DNA of 63,927 nucleotides, counting the filler, from Octopus bimaculoides (Eukaryota), in assembly GCF_001194135.2 (NCBI RefSeq). It is 13 parts of 12 records of this genome, joined end to end, with 100 filler letters (N's around TTAATTAATTAA, not from the genome) between each part and the next. Parts side by side here need not be neighbours in the genome. Positions count along the whole stretch, not along the records: positions 1 to 7,731 come from NC_068986.1; positions 7,832 to 15,185 come from NC_068984.1; 11 more parts are not named here. One strand, written 5' to 3'. The translations under genes and the position numbers were made by a program. A model generated the notes under the pieces. It was not told the origin of the DNA. It searched no databases and saw only the letters and a list, made by a program, of their open reading frames with translations. Below are positions 1 through 12,945 of this stretch, piece by piece. The stretch's first letter is position 1. Each line of letters begins with the position of its first letter.

Positions 1-87
<87 letters not shown>

Positions 88-1061
88 TAATATACATACA
101 ATAAAATTCTTCCTAAGCCTAGCAAGCTCAAGCCTGTTCATGTTGCTGATGATAATAAGGGTTTTATCTCTACACAAGACTGCTTCTAAAAGTGAGAATT
201 CTGCATACAAACAATGTAAAACTTATGCCCCTATAAGCATGCATAATCCTCCTCCATCATATTCCCCTATAGGTGATGGGAGACAATAAAAGGAATATCA
301 GTAGCACACTGGGTTCAAAGACTGGGACTGACCAATTGCATAACTAACACTAACCTTTGATTTTAGTTCATCTTCAATTATCACCTTAACTGTATACCTT
401 ACTGATATGCTCCATCTGGAGTTAACAAATGACAAGTGAACCTCTACAGAGTCTCTTGATGGGCTAGAAACAACAGCAGAATCTCTCTCGTATCACACCC
501 TACCACCATAAAAAAGAACTATGGTCTTACTGATTGAACTAGTCCTAAACATGCATTTGTGGAGTGGTTGAGTTTGAAGTGCAGGTGAGCATAGCTTGAA
601 TATCTTTCATTTTAGGTCAGTTTGATCAGAGCTAACCAAATGCTAAATGAAAACACCAACTACACACCATTTGATGATACAATACAAAAGAAAAATAACA
701 GGAAATACTCAGTTTGTTACTGCAAATTATTATTCTATTACTTAGGTTATTGGCTTAAAAATATCGTCATTCCAACTTTCAGAGACTAAACACTAGGAAA
801 CAAGATAATGTGAGAATTTTGAAATATTTTTCATTTGCTTATTCCATGTTAAAAAACAATGGTTTAGCTGAAGTCAGAGTATTATATATAATAAAAGAAG
901 CTGTGTAAACTAGTTACATAGGACTTAAAATATTAATTACAAATGATGATTCTAATAAAAAAAAACAAATTAGTATAGGTTCCAGTTTTGATAGGAGCAT
1001 AGTGTTAAGATATTGAGATAATATTTGGGGCGACTACACAATAAACTTAGATTACACTCTT

Positions 1062-1092
<31 letters not shown>

Positions 1093-1479
1093 TTCTCCCT
1101 CCCCCCTCTCTCTCGTTGTTATTGTTTAGACCCAGGTCAACACTGAGCAGGCCAACGTGCCCTTCCAACATTCAATGCAGTATGGTACAACCTAAGAGAG
1201 ACTTGGCTGCTATGCAGTCACTTAATTTGCTAGGGACAACAGCTAAATTTTCATCAAATCACACCCTAACACTCAAAAGAGAAAAGGAGACATTAGATAA
1301 TGATGTCCATTATATTCATCAGAAAGATGAAATGATTGTGGCTAGAATGTGACTGATCATAGGTTAGCTTGGTTAGGTTCGAATTGGGATAATCAACATG
1401 AAAATCATGAAAAAACATTATTGCAATGTTTACATTATCTAGAATCAGAGTGATTTACCTAAGGCTATATATATTGTTA

Positions 1480-1516
<37 letters not shown>

Positions 1517-2344
1517 NNNNNNNNNNNNNNNNNNNNNNNNNNNNNNNNNNNNNNNNNNNNNNNNNNNNNNNNNNNNNNNNNNNNNNNNNNNNNNNNNNNN
1601 NNNNNNNNNNNNNNNNNNNNNNNNNNNNNNNNNNNNNNNNNNNNNNNNNNNNNNNNNNNNNNNNNNNNNNNNNNNNNNNNNNNNNNNNNNNNNNNNNNNN
1701 NNNNNNNNNNNNNNNNNNNNNNNNNNNNNNNNNNNNNNNNNNNNNNNNNNNNNNNNNNNNNNNNNNNNNNNNNNNNNNNNNNNNNNNNNNNNNNNNNNNN
1801 NNNNNNNNNNNNNNNNNNNNNNNNNNNNNNNNNNNNNNNNNNNNNNNNNNNNNNNNNNNNNNNNNNNNNNNNNNNNNNNNNNNNNNNNNNNNNNNNNNNN
1901 NNNNNNNNNNNNNNNNNNNNNNNNNNNNNNNNNNNNNNNNNNNNNNNNNNNNNNNNNNNNNNNNNNNNNNNNNNNNNNNNNNNNNNNNNNNNNNNNNNNN
2001 NNNNNNNNNNNNNNNNNNNNNNNNNNNNNNNNNNNAAAAAAAAAAAAAAAAGAAAAAAATGAAATGTTATGGTTATGACAAGACATAAACAAAAGCCACA
2101 TTGCCCTTAAATCATATATCATCTCAGAGCATATTGAACAATGTAGTCAGAATGGTTACAAATAGAACATCTTCCTTCAGAAGTCAACTGAAGCAAGGCT
2201 AACTTAGGGTAAGCAACAACAATACCATTTTAATGGTTTAATAAATTAGAAGAAACACAAAGAGACAAAGACAAAGATTGATGTAGAAATAACATCAAGA
2301 TGGCCAAAGACAATTGAATAATATTAATGTTGTTGAGGAACTGC

Positions 2345-2720
2345 AATTGAAAGAGATGGCTATCATCACCATTTTTACTTCTGTTTTCTAGCTTGCTTGG
2401 GTTGGATGAGGTCTTTACCAGTAGAAAATTTTGCCAGTTGTTGCAGTCCCTTGTCACTTTCTTTCTGAGGTTTAGCATCCTGATATCAGTTCCACCATTT
2501 CTGTCCATGTCTTCCCCAACCCCCTTCTTCTACATAATCCTTCTACTTGGTACACTTGACACTTCTTTACCCAACTGCCATCCCCCATATACATCACAAG
2601 TCTACACCAACTTCTTCTATAAGACACTATATCTAATTCTGCTTTTATCCAGGTTTTCCCACTCATTTGTGCTCTGTTCTTCATGCTCAGTAACACCCAG
2701 CAAAGCATGATCACCACATT
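2345..2720 (-). mobile_element. RTE-clade LINE, degenerate 3' remnant
   Basis: Minus strand gives ...RRSWCRLVMYMGDGSWVKKCQVYQVEGLCRRRGLGKTWTEMV..., the RTE C-terminal pattern (RLRWxGHV...G.R.RGRP.KTW), ending in a degenerate copy of the CCAACCCATGCTAGCATGGAAAA...ATGATG tail. Confidence 0.7.
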
Positions 2721-3419
2721 TCTTTCCAGCCTTTACACATTCTTCACAGTCAATGCCATATGATACAAGTGTCACATGCTTCACCTGAAGAGAGATCACT
2801 TTGTGGCCATTGGACAGTAAAATGTTTAGTAATATAAACTTTGGAAAAAGTTGAGTAAAAGTTCCCTAAGCTTTTCCATTCCATTCTTAATCTGGTTACT
2901 CTGCTATTGAGGCCCTCAACTCCACATGTATTTAGCTCACCTATACACTAAATATGGGGAGAAGAAAAAAAAAACTAAATAGCCCGACACAGTAGAGAAT
3001 GGCATGTTCCAGAGAAGAGAATATTGGTTAACAGTGGTAAAAAGATAGAATCAGGCAATTAAGTATATTATAGTTTAGAACATTCCCAAAAGTTCACTTC
3101 ATGTGAAACCTGGCTGAATCTTAGGCCCAGATTGACTTTGCCTTTTTCCTTCAAGAGTTTGATAACGTAAGTACAAGACAAAGTACAGTGGTCAATATAA
3201 TCAATTAGAGCAATTGAAGGCAATGGCTGAGCATAATCACAGTTTAGACTGCCATATGATAATTAACTGCTTGGTTATCCAAATTCCTGCACTTAGTCCA
3301 CTTAAGTTACTTCTCTGAACTCTTTTTAATCTCAGTTACAAAAATTATTCTAGACAAAAATATTTGAAGCTTTTTTTAATGTAAAAACTGTAAATTTTAA
3401 TTTATCATCTAAATTTCAC

Positions 3420-3588
3420 TTGTTTCTGTCATTGAACTGTGGCAATGCTGGTGCAAACTGAAGTGAATACTTACTTTTAAAGTTTGGTACTTATTCTCTC
3501 AGTCCCTAAGTTACAAAAATGTAAACAAACCAGCACCAGTTGTGAAGCAGTGGGTGTGGGTGGAGTGGGTAAACATAAACATTCAACC

Positions 3589-3627
<39 letters not shown>

Positions 3628-3750
3628 TGACAGGCTTCCAAAAATTCACAAGTGTAGAAGACACATGCTCAAGGTGCTGCACAGCAGGACTGAGCCCCAA
3701 ACAATATAGTTGCACATTGAGCTTCTTAATCACACACCCATGCTTGTGCA
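3420..3750 (-). mobile_element. SINE family A, old CpG-decayed copy with internal (TA)n
   Basis: Collinear with the 26945-27279 copy (CTAAGTTAC...GTAAACAAACCAG, GACAGGCTTC, AGAAGACACATGCTCAAGG), with CG replaced by TG/CA. Confidence 0.65.
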
Positions 3751-5910
3751 TTTTCTTTTTTTTTCTTCTTCTTCTCTTTTGCTAATATCACTCATTAACT
3801 TGATAACATTATGCCAAAGCATGTTATCAACCTGGTATTATCTATTGTGTCCATTTTATTATAGTATGAAATAATATACTTTAAAACAATAATGGAGAAG
3901 AAGAAATTGAGTCCTAGCTAACACAAGATAAGTAAAGCAATGTCACAGAGATAGGTTATCAAAATTTAGTGAGCAGCCCACAAGATTTTCAGCAAGAGTA
4001 TACAAATTGTTTGTATACATCCTGTCAAGCTGTTTGTCCCAGGCCAACCCTTATCAAACAGGTCTGTGGCCAAAGGCTCTTCGGCCTTAATCATTCCATT
4101 CTTTATTCAAACACAGATGCGATTTGAGGAAGATTTGGTTGCTATTTCCAGCAGGTTAAAGAACTGAGTAGATGCTTCTTCACTATTATGCATTCATGTA
4201 GTTCTTCCCTGTATAGAAAAGTGGAGTGGCAAATAAAACTGTGTTTTTTAAAACCAGTGATAATAATGAAAACTACAACAATAAGAACAGTGTATTATTA
4301 CTTTCCATGATAGCCCAGAAGATGAAATTATCAGGATATTGTGACAGTAAATAGTGAACTTAAGGTTACATCCCTAAATATGAAATAGGATATATCTGAG
4401 AACCAAAACTATTCTGTCCTCAATACTTCATTCAACACACGTTTTGGATAGTGAGCCAGTTAAATCACAAAGGATATAATTATGAAGGCTACACTAAAAC
4501 TGTTTTCCACATTATTATTCCAGCTTGTGTGACCATGCCATCAATAATGACTTCGATCATGTTTATTACTATTTTCAATACAGTTACACAAGATAAATTT
4601 AAAATATAGGAAACTAGAATTATTTCTAAATACAGAATTTGCATTGAACAACCTTGGTAAATTTTATTTCAATTTAATATTTGCTTTAGTAGTACAAACT
4701 GAAATTTTAGCCAGTTACATGAAACATGATCTTGTTGACATGTATATACATAGTAATCAAGAGAGATAACTAGCCTTTTGGGAGTTATTTCCCTTTATGT
4801 GACATAAAATATATAAAAACACTATAAAAACACGACAGTGTTATTATAAGAGTGTTACTAGACAAGCGATTAGGATGTTATGCTATAAAGCAAAGGGTCA
4901 GTGGTTCACAAATCTAAACTAGAGCTGCACAACACTCATTAACTAAATATTCAATATTAAACTGGTTCAATATAAGGAGCAAGCATATTCAGTTTCTAAC
5001 ACATAGGTACAAGTCCTCAAACTAAAGAGAAGAGTATAGTCAGTTATCAAAACCTCAGTTCTTGACAGTTACTTCATTTTTTTCAATGCCTCCCCCAGAA
5101 GGACAAAGGACAAAGTTGATCTCAACATATACTTTTAGAATGTGATGTGATGTAACTAAATGCTGCATGATATTTTGTCAATACCCTATTATTTCTGTCA
5201 ATTTGCCATCTAGCTAGCATCTTATTGGATAACAGAAATTGATTTCACATTAGTTTATGGTGAAAGCAGCATAACGTGAATCTAATGCTCAATTCCAGTA
5301 AGGAGTTTCCTGTTATTTTAGTTAGCCACATCGTTGAATCTGAGCCCTGATTCTATGTACAACCTACATCTGTTAGGTAATGTGCAACAATTCATGCAAA
5401 ACACAAACCACACAGAAAATTATGCAGAGTTCCAGTGTGACATATAAGACGGTTGCAACATCCAGTCACACTCATTAAATACAAATTTTTTACAACTTTC
5501 TTTGACTTTCAATTTACAATTACAGTCTTTCAGCAGTGAAGTAGCAGTAGAAAATTTTGTCAGTTGAGTATACTGAGGCAAGTAGAGACATATCTGAACC
5601 AGAGACACAGTAAAATGACTATAATAAGTAATGTTTGAATTTATGCTCTTGTCAGTTGTTCAGTACTATAAGTTCTCAACCATTGTAATGAGCAGATTCA
5701 TCAACACCATTATTACCATAATTTAAAATTTGCTTTCCATGCTGGCATAGGTTGGACAATTTTATAGGAGCTGGCAAGTTAGAAGCCTATAACAAGCTCT
5801 ACTGTCTGCTTTGGCATGAGTTCTATGGTTTGATGCTCTTCCTAATGCCAATCACTTTACAGAGAGGCTTGGGTACTTTTTATGTGACACCTGTAGAGAT
5901 GAGGTCCCAA

Positions 5911-5970
5911 ATAATTTACAAGACAAGACCCCTCTGCTGAATAATTTACAAGACAAGACCCTTCTGCTGA
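5911..5970. repeat. 30-bp direct tandem duplication (x2)
   Basis: ATAATTTACAAGACAAGACCCCTCTGCTGA followed by ATAATTTACAAGACAAGACCCTTCTGCTGA (1 mismatch). Confidence 0.9.
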
Positions 5971-6499
5971 AAAGTGCCTGATGAGTGGTTAAAGTATGAG
6001 CAGAGGAACAGAAATTAGTGTATTGCAATAAAGGTGATAGCTAGCTAAATCAGTAGGAGAGAGAGCAAGAGACAAGAGAAAGGAAGAGAGATTAAGAGAC
6101 GAGAGAGAGAGAGTGTGTGTGATGATGGTGAAAATCTGATGGGGCTACACTCAAGTTATAAGGAGGTATATCTAAGTGAAGTGGGACCAAGGACTGGATA
6201 GGGTGAGCGGATGGGTAAGTTCAGAAGATTGTAAAAAGAAAGTAGAAGGTAGAGGGTAGGGAATGTAGTGAGAGGAGAGAAATAGAGGAGAGGGTTATTA
6301 GGAGGATATGTTTTGGGGAAGGGATTGAACAGGGGTGATTGGGAGATCGAGGGAAAGGAGTACAGTAAATGGTGAGCACAAATAGGGGAAAAGGGGAGAT
6401 ACTAGGAAGGTGGGATGTGGAGAAGGGGTTTGTCAGGAACAGATATTCTGCAGGGTGGGGTGTGGAGTTATGGACACAAAGGACACACCCTAATGGCCT

Positions 6500-6830
6500 C
6501 AGTTTCACTTAGCTGAATGGGTCTTTTCAAATACAATTGTTTTGGTTCTTTGTCATCTCCTATGAGATGCTCAGCTTCTTTAGATCATTTTCCACCACTT
6601 CACCATATATCATTCTGTCTTCCTCTTCCACATGTTCCGTCCATATTTAGAGATCAGCAATTCTTTATGAAGCTATCTTCATCCATACATATCACATGAT
6701 CATGCCAACAGTCTTCTTTCTTGCACACTACATGTAATGACTCCTATACCCAATTTTCTTTGCATGTTCTCTGCATTCACATCCCATGTTTTCCTACTAT
6801 GTGGCATAGCTGTTCATACACAAGCATCAT
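6500..6830 (-). mobile_element. RTE-clade LINE, degenerate 3' remnant
   Basis: Minus-strand pieces read KLGIGVITCSVQERRL.WHDHVICMDEDSFIKNC*SLNMDGTCGRGRQ...EVVENDLKKL; multiple stops and frameshifts. Confidence 0.7.
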
Positions 6831-7431
6831 CCAACCCATGCTAGCATGGACAACAGACATTAAATGATGATGAAGATGATGATTTATATATACATATATA
6901 TGTAATAATTGTCACAGAAGCAGTATTAAAACCGGAAGGTATCATTCATCACCACTCAAAGGTAGATGTGTTAAAACACAGAATACAGCATTATTTACAA
7001 TAGAATATCTCATAAGGACTTCTGGTGCATATGAGAACTTGTGATTACATTGCTAGCAAGAGATACTCAACTACAGTTGCTACCAGAACAGCCATATCAG
7101 ATGATTTTAGCATATCATGGCTTTGTCAATGGCAGATATTGCTGGCTAGAGACATGAGTGATTCTCTGGTCAATGATATACATAGAATCTCAGTGTCTCA
7201 ACACAAAGATCCAGTATGCTAATTAAATACTAATTAATAGCGACAGAAGGAGTATTGATATCAAAAGGTTATGTAAATATATGCATATACACACAGACAT
7301 ATATATACACACACACACATTTATATATACATATAGATACATATATACACACAGATACATACACACACACACACACATATATATACATACACACACACAC
7401 ACATATATACATGTATATATATATATATAAA

Positions 7432-7589
7432 GCGTAAGCGTGGCTGTGTGGTAAGAAGCTTGCTTCCCAACCACATCGTTCCATGTTCAGTCCCACTGCA
7501 TGGAACCTTGGGTAGGTGTTTTCTACTATAGCCTTAGACCACAGCCTTGTGAGTGGATTTGGTAGATGGAAACTGAAAGAAGCCTGTTG

Positions 7590-7626
<37 letters not shown>

Positions 7627-7731
7627 ATGTATGAATGTATGTACGTATATATTTGTCTGAGTTTCTCCACCCCACCATCACTTGACAACCAATGTTGGCT
7701 TGTTTACGCCCCGTAATTTAGCGGTTTGGCA
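7432..7731 (+). mobile_element. tRNA-derived SINE family A
   Basis: A-box-like TGGCTGTGTGG, B-box-like GTTCAGTCC, core CCTTGTGAGTGGATTTGGTAGATGGAAACTGAAAGAAGCC, internal (TA)n/(TG)n, tail CCCCGTAATTTAGCGGTTTGGC; same motifs recur at 11.2, 11.9 and 27 kb. Confidence 0.8.
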
Positions 7732-7775
7732 NNNNNNNNNNNNNNNNNNNNNNNNNNNNNNNNNNNNNNNNNNNN

Positions 7776-7787
7776 TTAATTAATTAA
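7776..7787. other. Artificial scaffolding spacer N44-TTAATTAATTAA-N44 (also at 15230, 21537, 27324, 29413, 39466, 53096, 54609, 57041, 58213, 60760, 61987)
   Basis: Identical 12-mer with stops in all six frames, centred in a 100-nt N block, twelve times. Confidence 0.97.
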
Positions 7788-7831
7788 NNNNNNNNNNNNN
7801 NNNNNNNNNNNNNNNNNNNNNNNNNNNNNNN

Positions 7832-8154
7832 ATATATATATATATATTTATATATATATATATAATATGTGCGTGCATATATAAACAAATGCATATACAC
7901 ATGTACGTACGTATGTATGTATGTATGTGAGTGTCTAAACGTGTATTGGTATGTTGTTTTTTACATATACGTTTGTGTAGCTGTTAGTGTCTGATTGCAC
8001 ACTTACAGACTCACTCACAGACATACGCATATACATATACATACGTATATATATATGCATGTGTGTTTGTATGTATATGTATGTATACATGTACATATAC
8101 GTACATATATATATATAAATATATGTATATATGTATACATGTATATATACATAC

Positions 8155-8243
<89 letters not shown>

Positions 8244-8301
8244 TATGTATATATATATGTATATACATACATATATATATATATATGTACGTATGCGTGT
8301 G

Positions 8302-8335
<34 letters not shown>

Positions 8336-8364
8336 CATACCTACACGCGCACGCACACACGCAT

Positions 8365-8395
<31 letters not shown>

Positions 8396-8478
8396 CGTAC
8401 CATGCACACGCACACAAATGTATTCAATGTTCTCATACATACGGATATACACTTGAGTATATGTTTGTCAGTATCTGT

Positions 8479-8509
<31 letters not shown>

Positions 8510-8645
8510 TTGTGGGTGGGTGGGTGTGTTTGGGTGTGTGTAGTTATGTGTGTGAGTGTGTTCTTCCATATATATGCGTGTGTGTATAGATGTATAGATA
8601 GAACAGTAAGTATATATATGTATATATATGTATATATATATATAT
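7832..8645. repeat. Compound (TA)n/(CA)n/(TG)n/(TACA)n microsatellite tract
   Basis: Directly visible; source of the overlapping [12 protein letters not shown] ORFs. Confidence 0.95.
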
Positions 8646-9689
8646 AGTAGATGAGCATCCGTTTAAGACTTTTCTGATTAGAGATTGCATCAAAGACGAC
8701 TACCAACCACTACGTCCGGAGAGTAAAGACTTTCTCAACCTCTTCACTGCCACTACAACCACTAAAATACTACCACGAGCACCACCAACTCCACTACCTT
8801 CCTCCCCACCACCACCACCACCACCACCACTACCAACAACAACAACAACAAGACCAACACCAACACCACTATGAGAAGGAAAGTCTGCTTTGAATTGATA
8901 CCGGTCCAGCTCATATCTTCTCCCGACACTTATACAGGATGAAGTCCAGATATATTCCGGTCGGTTTTTCTATTCTGAGAGATCACCGGATACTGTCTGA
9001 CACATTCTCGCTACAGGAAAGTAAGAAACAGCTGCGGGAGATGTACAATTTAGTGAGAATTGGTTAAATAACGAAGACACATCTATTTTGTGTGCTGGAA
9101 CCTACTGACTCTTATATGAAGCTCTCCTTTCGTTCAATAACATTAACATTAACAACGTGTTTTAAACACGTTTGCTCTCTTTCCCTTAATATGAACGATA
9201 ATTGTGTATAATACCATGTGGAATTTCGAAGATTCAAGCATGATTGAATTATATGTTCGGAGTAGAATAGATAAAAATCTACTTTTTCTTTTTTTTCCTT
9301 TAAGAAAAATCATTAAATGATCAAATAAATGTTTAATTAAAATTGGTAACTTAAAAAGCATAACACAGAATAGAGCATTGTAAATTACAGATAGGATATG
9401 ACAGTATTAAAAGGATTGACACTGTAAGGTAAAATAAGACTAAATATAAACTTCACGGAATAAACATTTATGTTGTGTAAATCTGCCCTAGAAAGGAAAT
9501 ACAGCAACGATTCCCAGACCAGCTGAGCGTTGTGTTCTTGAGCAGAGCACTTCATTTCACGTTCCTCCGTACACACTATAAGCGTTATAGAAAAAATAGT
9601 GTTAATAAATCCCATGCCCTATCCGTTGAGCGAGACAGTAGTAACGGTCCGTCTTGGTGTAATATCAATCCATACATCTATCTGTCTTC

Positions 9690-10200
9690 TCCGACAACTA
9701 TTCGTAAGAGGGTCGTAGTAGGTAGAGTCTGTAGGCAACTCCTCCATAGGGTCCTATCAGATTCAACCGTCACTACACTACCCGGATGAATTCACAAGAA
9801 TGGCCGACTGAAACTATGGATATTATCCAACCATCTTGCTTTTGGTATATTCTTAGGTCTCTTGCCTTTTGGCTTGGTTTGAAGAATCCGTCTTGCTATT
9901 CTTTCCTTCGATATTCTCATCACATGTTCGTATTACCGAACCTATGACCTCTCAATGCGGCGAAGTAGCGGCTGGAACTGAAGAGACTTCCTAATCTTCC
10001 AGGTACGTAACTTGTCGAGTAACGTCACTCCACAAATCCTTCGGTGCACCACATTTCGGTTGCTTTTATTCGAGATCTTACGCTTTCGGTCATTACGCAA
10101 CATTCAAGATATATGATATCTAAGGTAAAAGCACTTAACCGGACTCGTCCCTGTCCTAATTATACTGAACGAAAGAGACCACGTCACCGTGTAATCTTAA
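9690..10200 (-). mobile_element. RTE-type LINE 3' remnant (different subfamily from the 2.4/6.5 kb copies)
   Basis: Minus strand: RIKATEMWCHRRICGVTLLDKLRTWKIRKSLQFQPLLRRIERS*VR*YEHVMRISKERIARRILQTKPKGKRPKNIPKARWLDNI, the standard RTE post-RT region. Confidence 0.75.
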
Positions 10201-10209
10201 TTGTGTAGT

Positions 10210-10350
10210 GAACGCGTGTGGCCTAGTGGTTTGGGCGTATTCACGATCGCGAGATTGGGTTTTCGATTCTCAGACCGGCTGTGTGTTGTATTCTTGAGCA
10301 GAGCACTTCATTTCCCGTTGCTCCAGTCCATTCAGCAGCAAACGAGTAAC
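10210..10350 (+). mobile_element. tRNA-derived SINE family C, 5' part
   Basis: GCGTGTGGCCTAGTGG...TTCGATTCT...TTCTTGAGCAGAGCACTTCATTTCCCGTTGCTCCAGTCCATTCAGC; same as the reverse complement of 12688-12945. Confidence 0.7.
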
Positions 10351-11164
10351 CTTGCAACAGTTTAGCATACAAAAGGAAGATGATGACTCAGGAAAGTCAC
10401 CCGAAAGGTAGTCTTGCAAGCCACGTTTTGTATTCAGTGACCGAAAGAATGAACAGTACAACTCTTATTGTGAATCCCAAATGGTTGGGGCTGGTTGTTC
10501 AACCACGTCGAAGGATGATGTGTAATCTAACAACACACTAAATTTACAATGATCTTGCGGAAATACAGCAGTAAATTCAGCCAACTTGTGATACCAACTT
10601 AGTTAAGGAAATATTTACAGTACCTCTGACTGGCTCCTTTATACGTACGGAACACGAATATTGGTCTTGGAGAAATTGATGGTGTTATCCCTAAAATAGT
10701 GCCCTGTCAAGATTGCTTCCAAAAATGTGAACTCTGGTAAAGGTATCCGATGAAAAGACGGTAGTTTTAAAGCGGATGGTCAAAGAAATTAGAACACAAA
10801 GAGCTGGAACAAATCCACAAAGTACCTCTCCGATACTTCGGAAATTCTACTAATCCACCGGTATTGTATTTTATCGGTCTTGAAAAGAAAAAGGAAAAGG
10901 TGACTTACATAGGATTTGAACTCAGAGCGCTGGAACAAACACTGTGATGTGGTTTGTCTCACTCGCTCACGACTCCTCACCAATTTGCTGCCTGTTGTAG
11001 CTTGTGTGCACCGACAACAAGACATAGCAATACTGGTGGCAATGATACATGGAATGAGACAAAAATAATGATTCTGTGATACTCATGTATTTTCAAAGAT
11101 CATTAGTGACAGGAGTTAACAGACTACAAATAATAATTGGAACAAGCTCTGCAATCGCAATTTG

Positions 11165-11543
11165 GGCGCAGGCATGACTGCGTAGGAAGGAGTTTGCTTG
11201 TCAGCCATATGATGTTCGGCAAACTACCACTGCGTGACACCGTGGACAAGTGTCTTCTCGTATAGCCTCGGGCCAACTAAGTCATTGTGAATGGATTTGG
11301 TAGACTAAAGCTAAAAGAAGCCTGTCGTTTACATACATGCATGCATCTATCCATCCACCCATCCATCAATCCATCCACCCATCCATCCATCCATTCATCC
11401 ATCCATCCATACATACATACATACATACAGACATCCATTCATCCATCCATTCACCCATTCATCCATCCATCCACCCATCCATACATACATACATGCATGC
11501 ATGCATACATACATACATGCATACATACATGCATGTGTGTGTT

Positions 11544-11575
<32 letters not shown>

Positions 11576-12015
11576 NNNNNNNNNNNNNNNNNNNNNNNNN
11601 NNNNNNNNNNNNNNNNNNNNNNNNNNNNNNNNNNNNNNNNNNNNNNNNNNNNNNNNNNNNNNNNNNNNNNNNNNNNNNNNNNNNNNNNNNNNNNNNNNNN
11701 NNNNNNNNNNNNNNNNNNNNNNNNNNNNNNNNNNNNNNNNNNNNNNNNNNNNNNNNNNNNNNNNNNNNNNNNNNNNNNNNNNNNNNNNNNNNNNNNNNNN
11801 NNNNNNNNNNNNNNNNNNNATTCTACGAGGTGGTGCCCCAGCATGGCCGCATTCCAATGGCTGAAACAAATAAAAAGCTAAAACTAGTAGATAGTCGCAT
11901 TCTCTGCGTGGCACCTTAGGCAGGTGACTTCTACCTTAACTTCGGGCTGACCAAAGCCTTGTGAGTGAATTTGACAGACGGAAACTGAAAGAAGCCAGTC
12001 ATGTGTGTGTGTGTG

Positions 12016-12053
<38 letters not shown>

Positions 12054-12300
12054 TGTGTGTGTGTTCGCGCGTGCGCGTGCCTTTGTGTTTGTGTTTGTCC
12101 CACTCTCATCGCTTGACAACTGGTGTTGGTGTGTTTACGTCCCCGTAAATTAGCGGATCGATAAAAGAGACTGATTGAGTAAGTGTCAGGCTTAAAAAAC
12201 AAAAATGAATATTGGGGTTGATGCATTCGACTGAAAATTCTACATGGCGGTTCCCCAGCATGGTCGCAGTCTAATGACCGAAACAAGTAAAAGATAAAAG
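11165..12300 (+). mobile_element. Two adjacent SINE family A copies (11165-11882 and about 11895-12300), each with an internal microsatellite
   Basis: Both carry the GTGAxTGxATTTGxxAGAC...AAAGAAGCC core and the CCCCAGCATGGxCGCA...GAAACAA tail. Confidence 0.75.
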
Positions 12301-12687
12301 ATGAATTATAAGTCAATCGGGTTGAACTGGCAGAATCGTTACAGGAACACAATTTATTGCGTTCTAAGTTCAAATACCACCTTATTTATTTGGATATCAA
12401 ACGTAATCCCTAGCCCGTTTTACAACCACCACTGATCCTCGGGGACTTTTATCGAAGATCAGTCTGCTGCAAGATTTCGGAAAGACTTCAGGTTTGAGGA
12501 TATCTTCTTCCTTAACCTCCCACCTGTATCGAACCCTGAAAAAAAAGTAACGGGTAATATGGCTCTATTGCAGTGAACTATGAAAACAAGCAGTTGATGT
12601 ATCATTCGATTGTTCCTATCACAAGTACGCTTATACACCGGTGACACAATCATATATTATACAGGAATATAACTGTGATACTACATA

Positions 12688-12945
12688 AAATAAATAAATG
12701 CGCCCCTTTTAAAGCCTAGCCAGGCTCATGGGCCCGGTTTCCCGGTTTCAATGGCGTATGTGTTCCCCAGCTGGACGGGACGCCAGTTCATCGCAGCGTT
12801 ACTCATTTTTGCCATCTGAGTGGACTGGAGCAACGTGAAATGAAGTGTTTTGCTCAAGAACACAACGCGTCGTCCGCTCCAGGAATCGAAAACACAATCT
12901 TGCGATCATGATGCTGACATCCTAACCACTAAGCCACGCGCCTCC
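12688..12945 (-). mobile_element. Well-preserved tRNA-derived SINE family C with target-site duplication
   Basis: Minus strand starts GGAGGCGCGTGGCTTAGTGGTTAGG (A box)...TTCGATTCC (B box) and ends in (TTTA)n. Flanked by direct repeat ACTGTGATACTACATA at 12672-12687 and 12946-12961. Confidence 0.9.

Noticed and set aside
6060-6480. Purine-rich tract as a promoter or triplex element (also 61380-61800)
   Set aside because: No positional or motif evidence for regulation; probably decayed repeat sequence, and I cannot assign it.
12880-12945. tRNA gene (A/B boxes; also at 7432, 10215, 49720)
   Set aside because: No complete cloverleaf; continues into a shared SINE body with tail and TSD, so these are tRNA-derived SINE heads.
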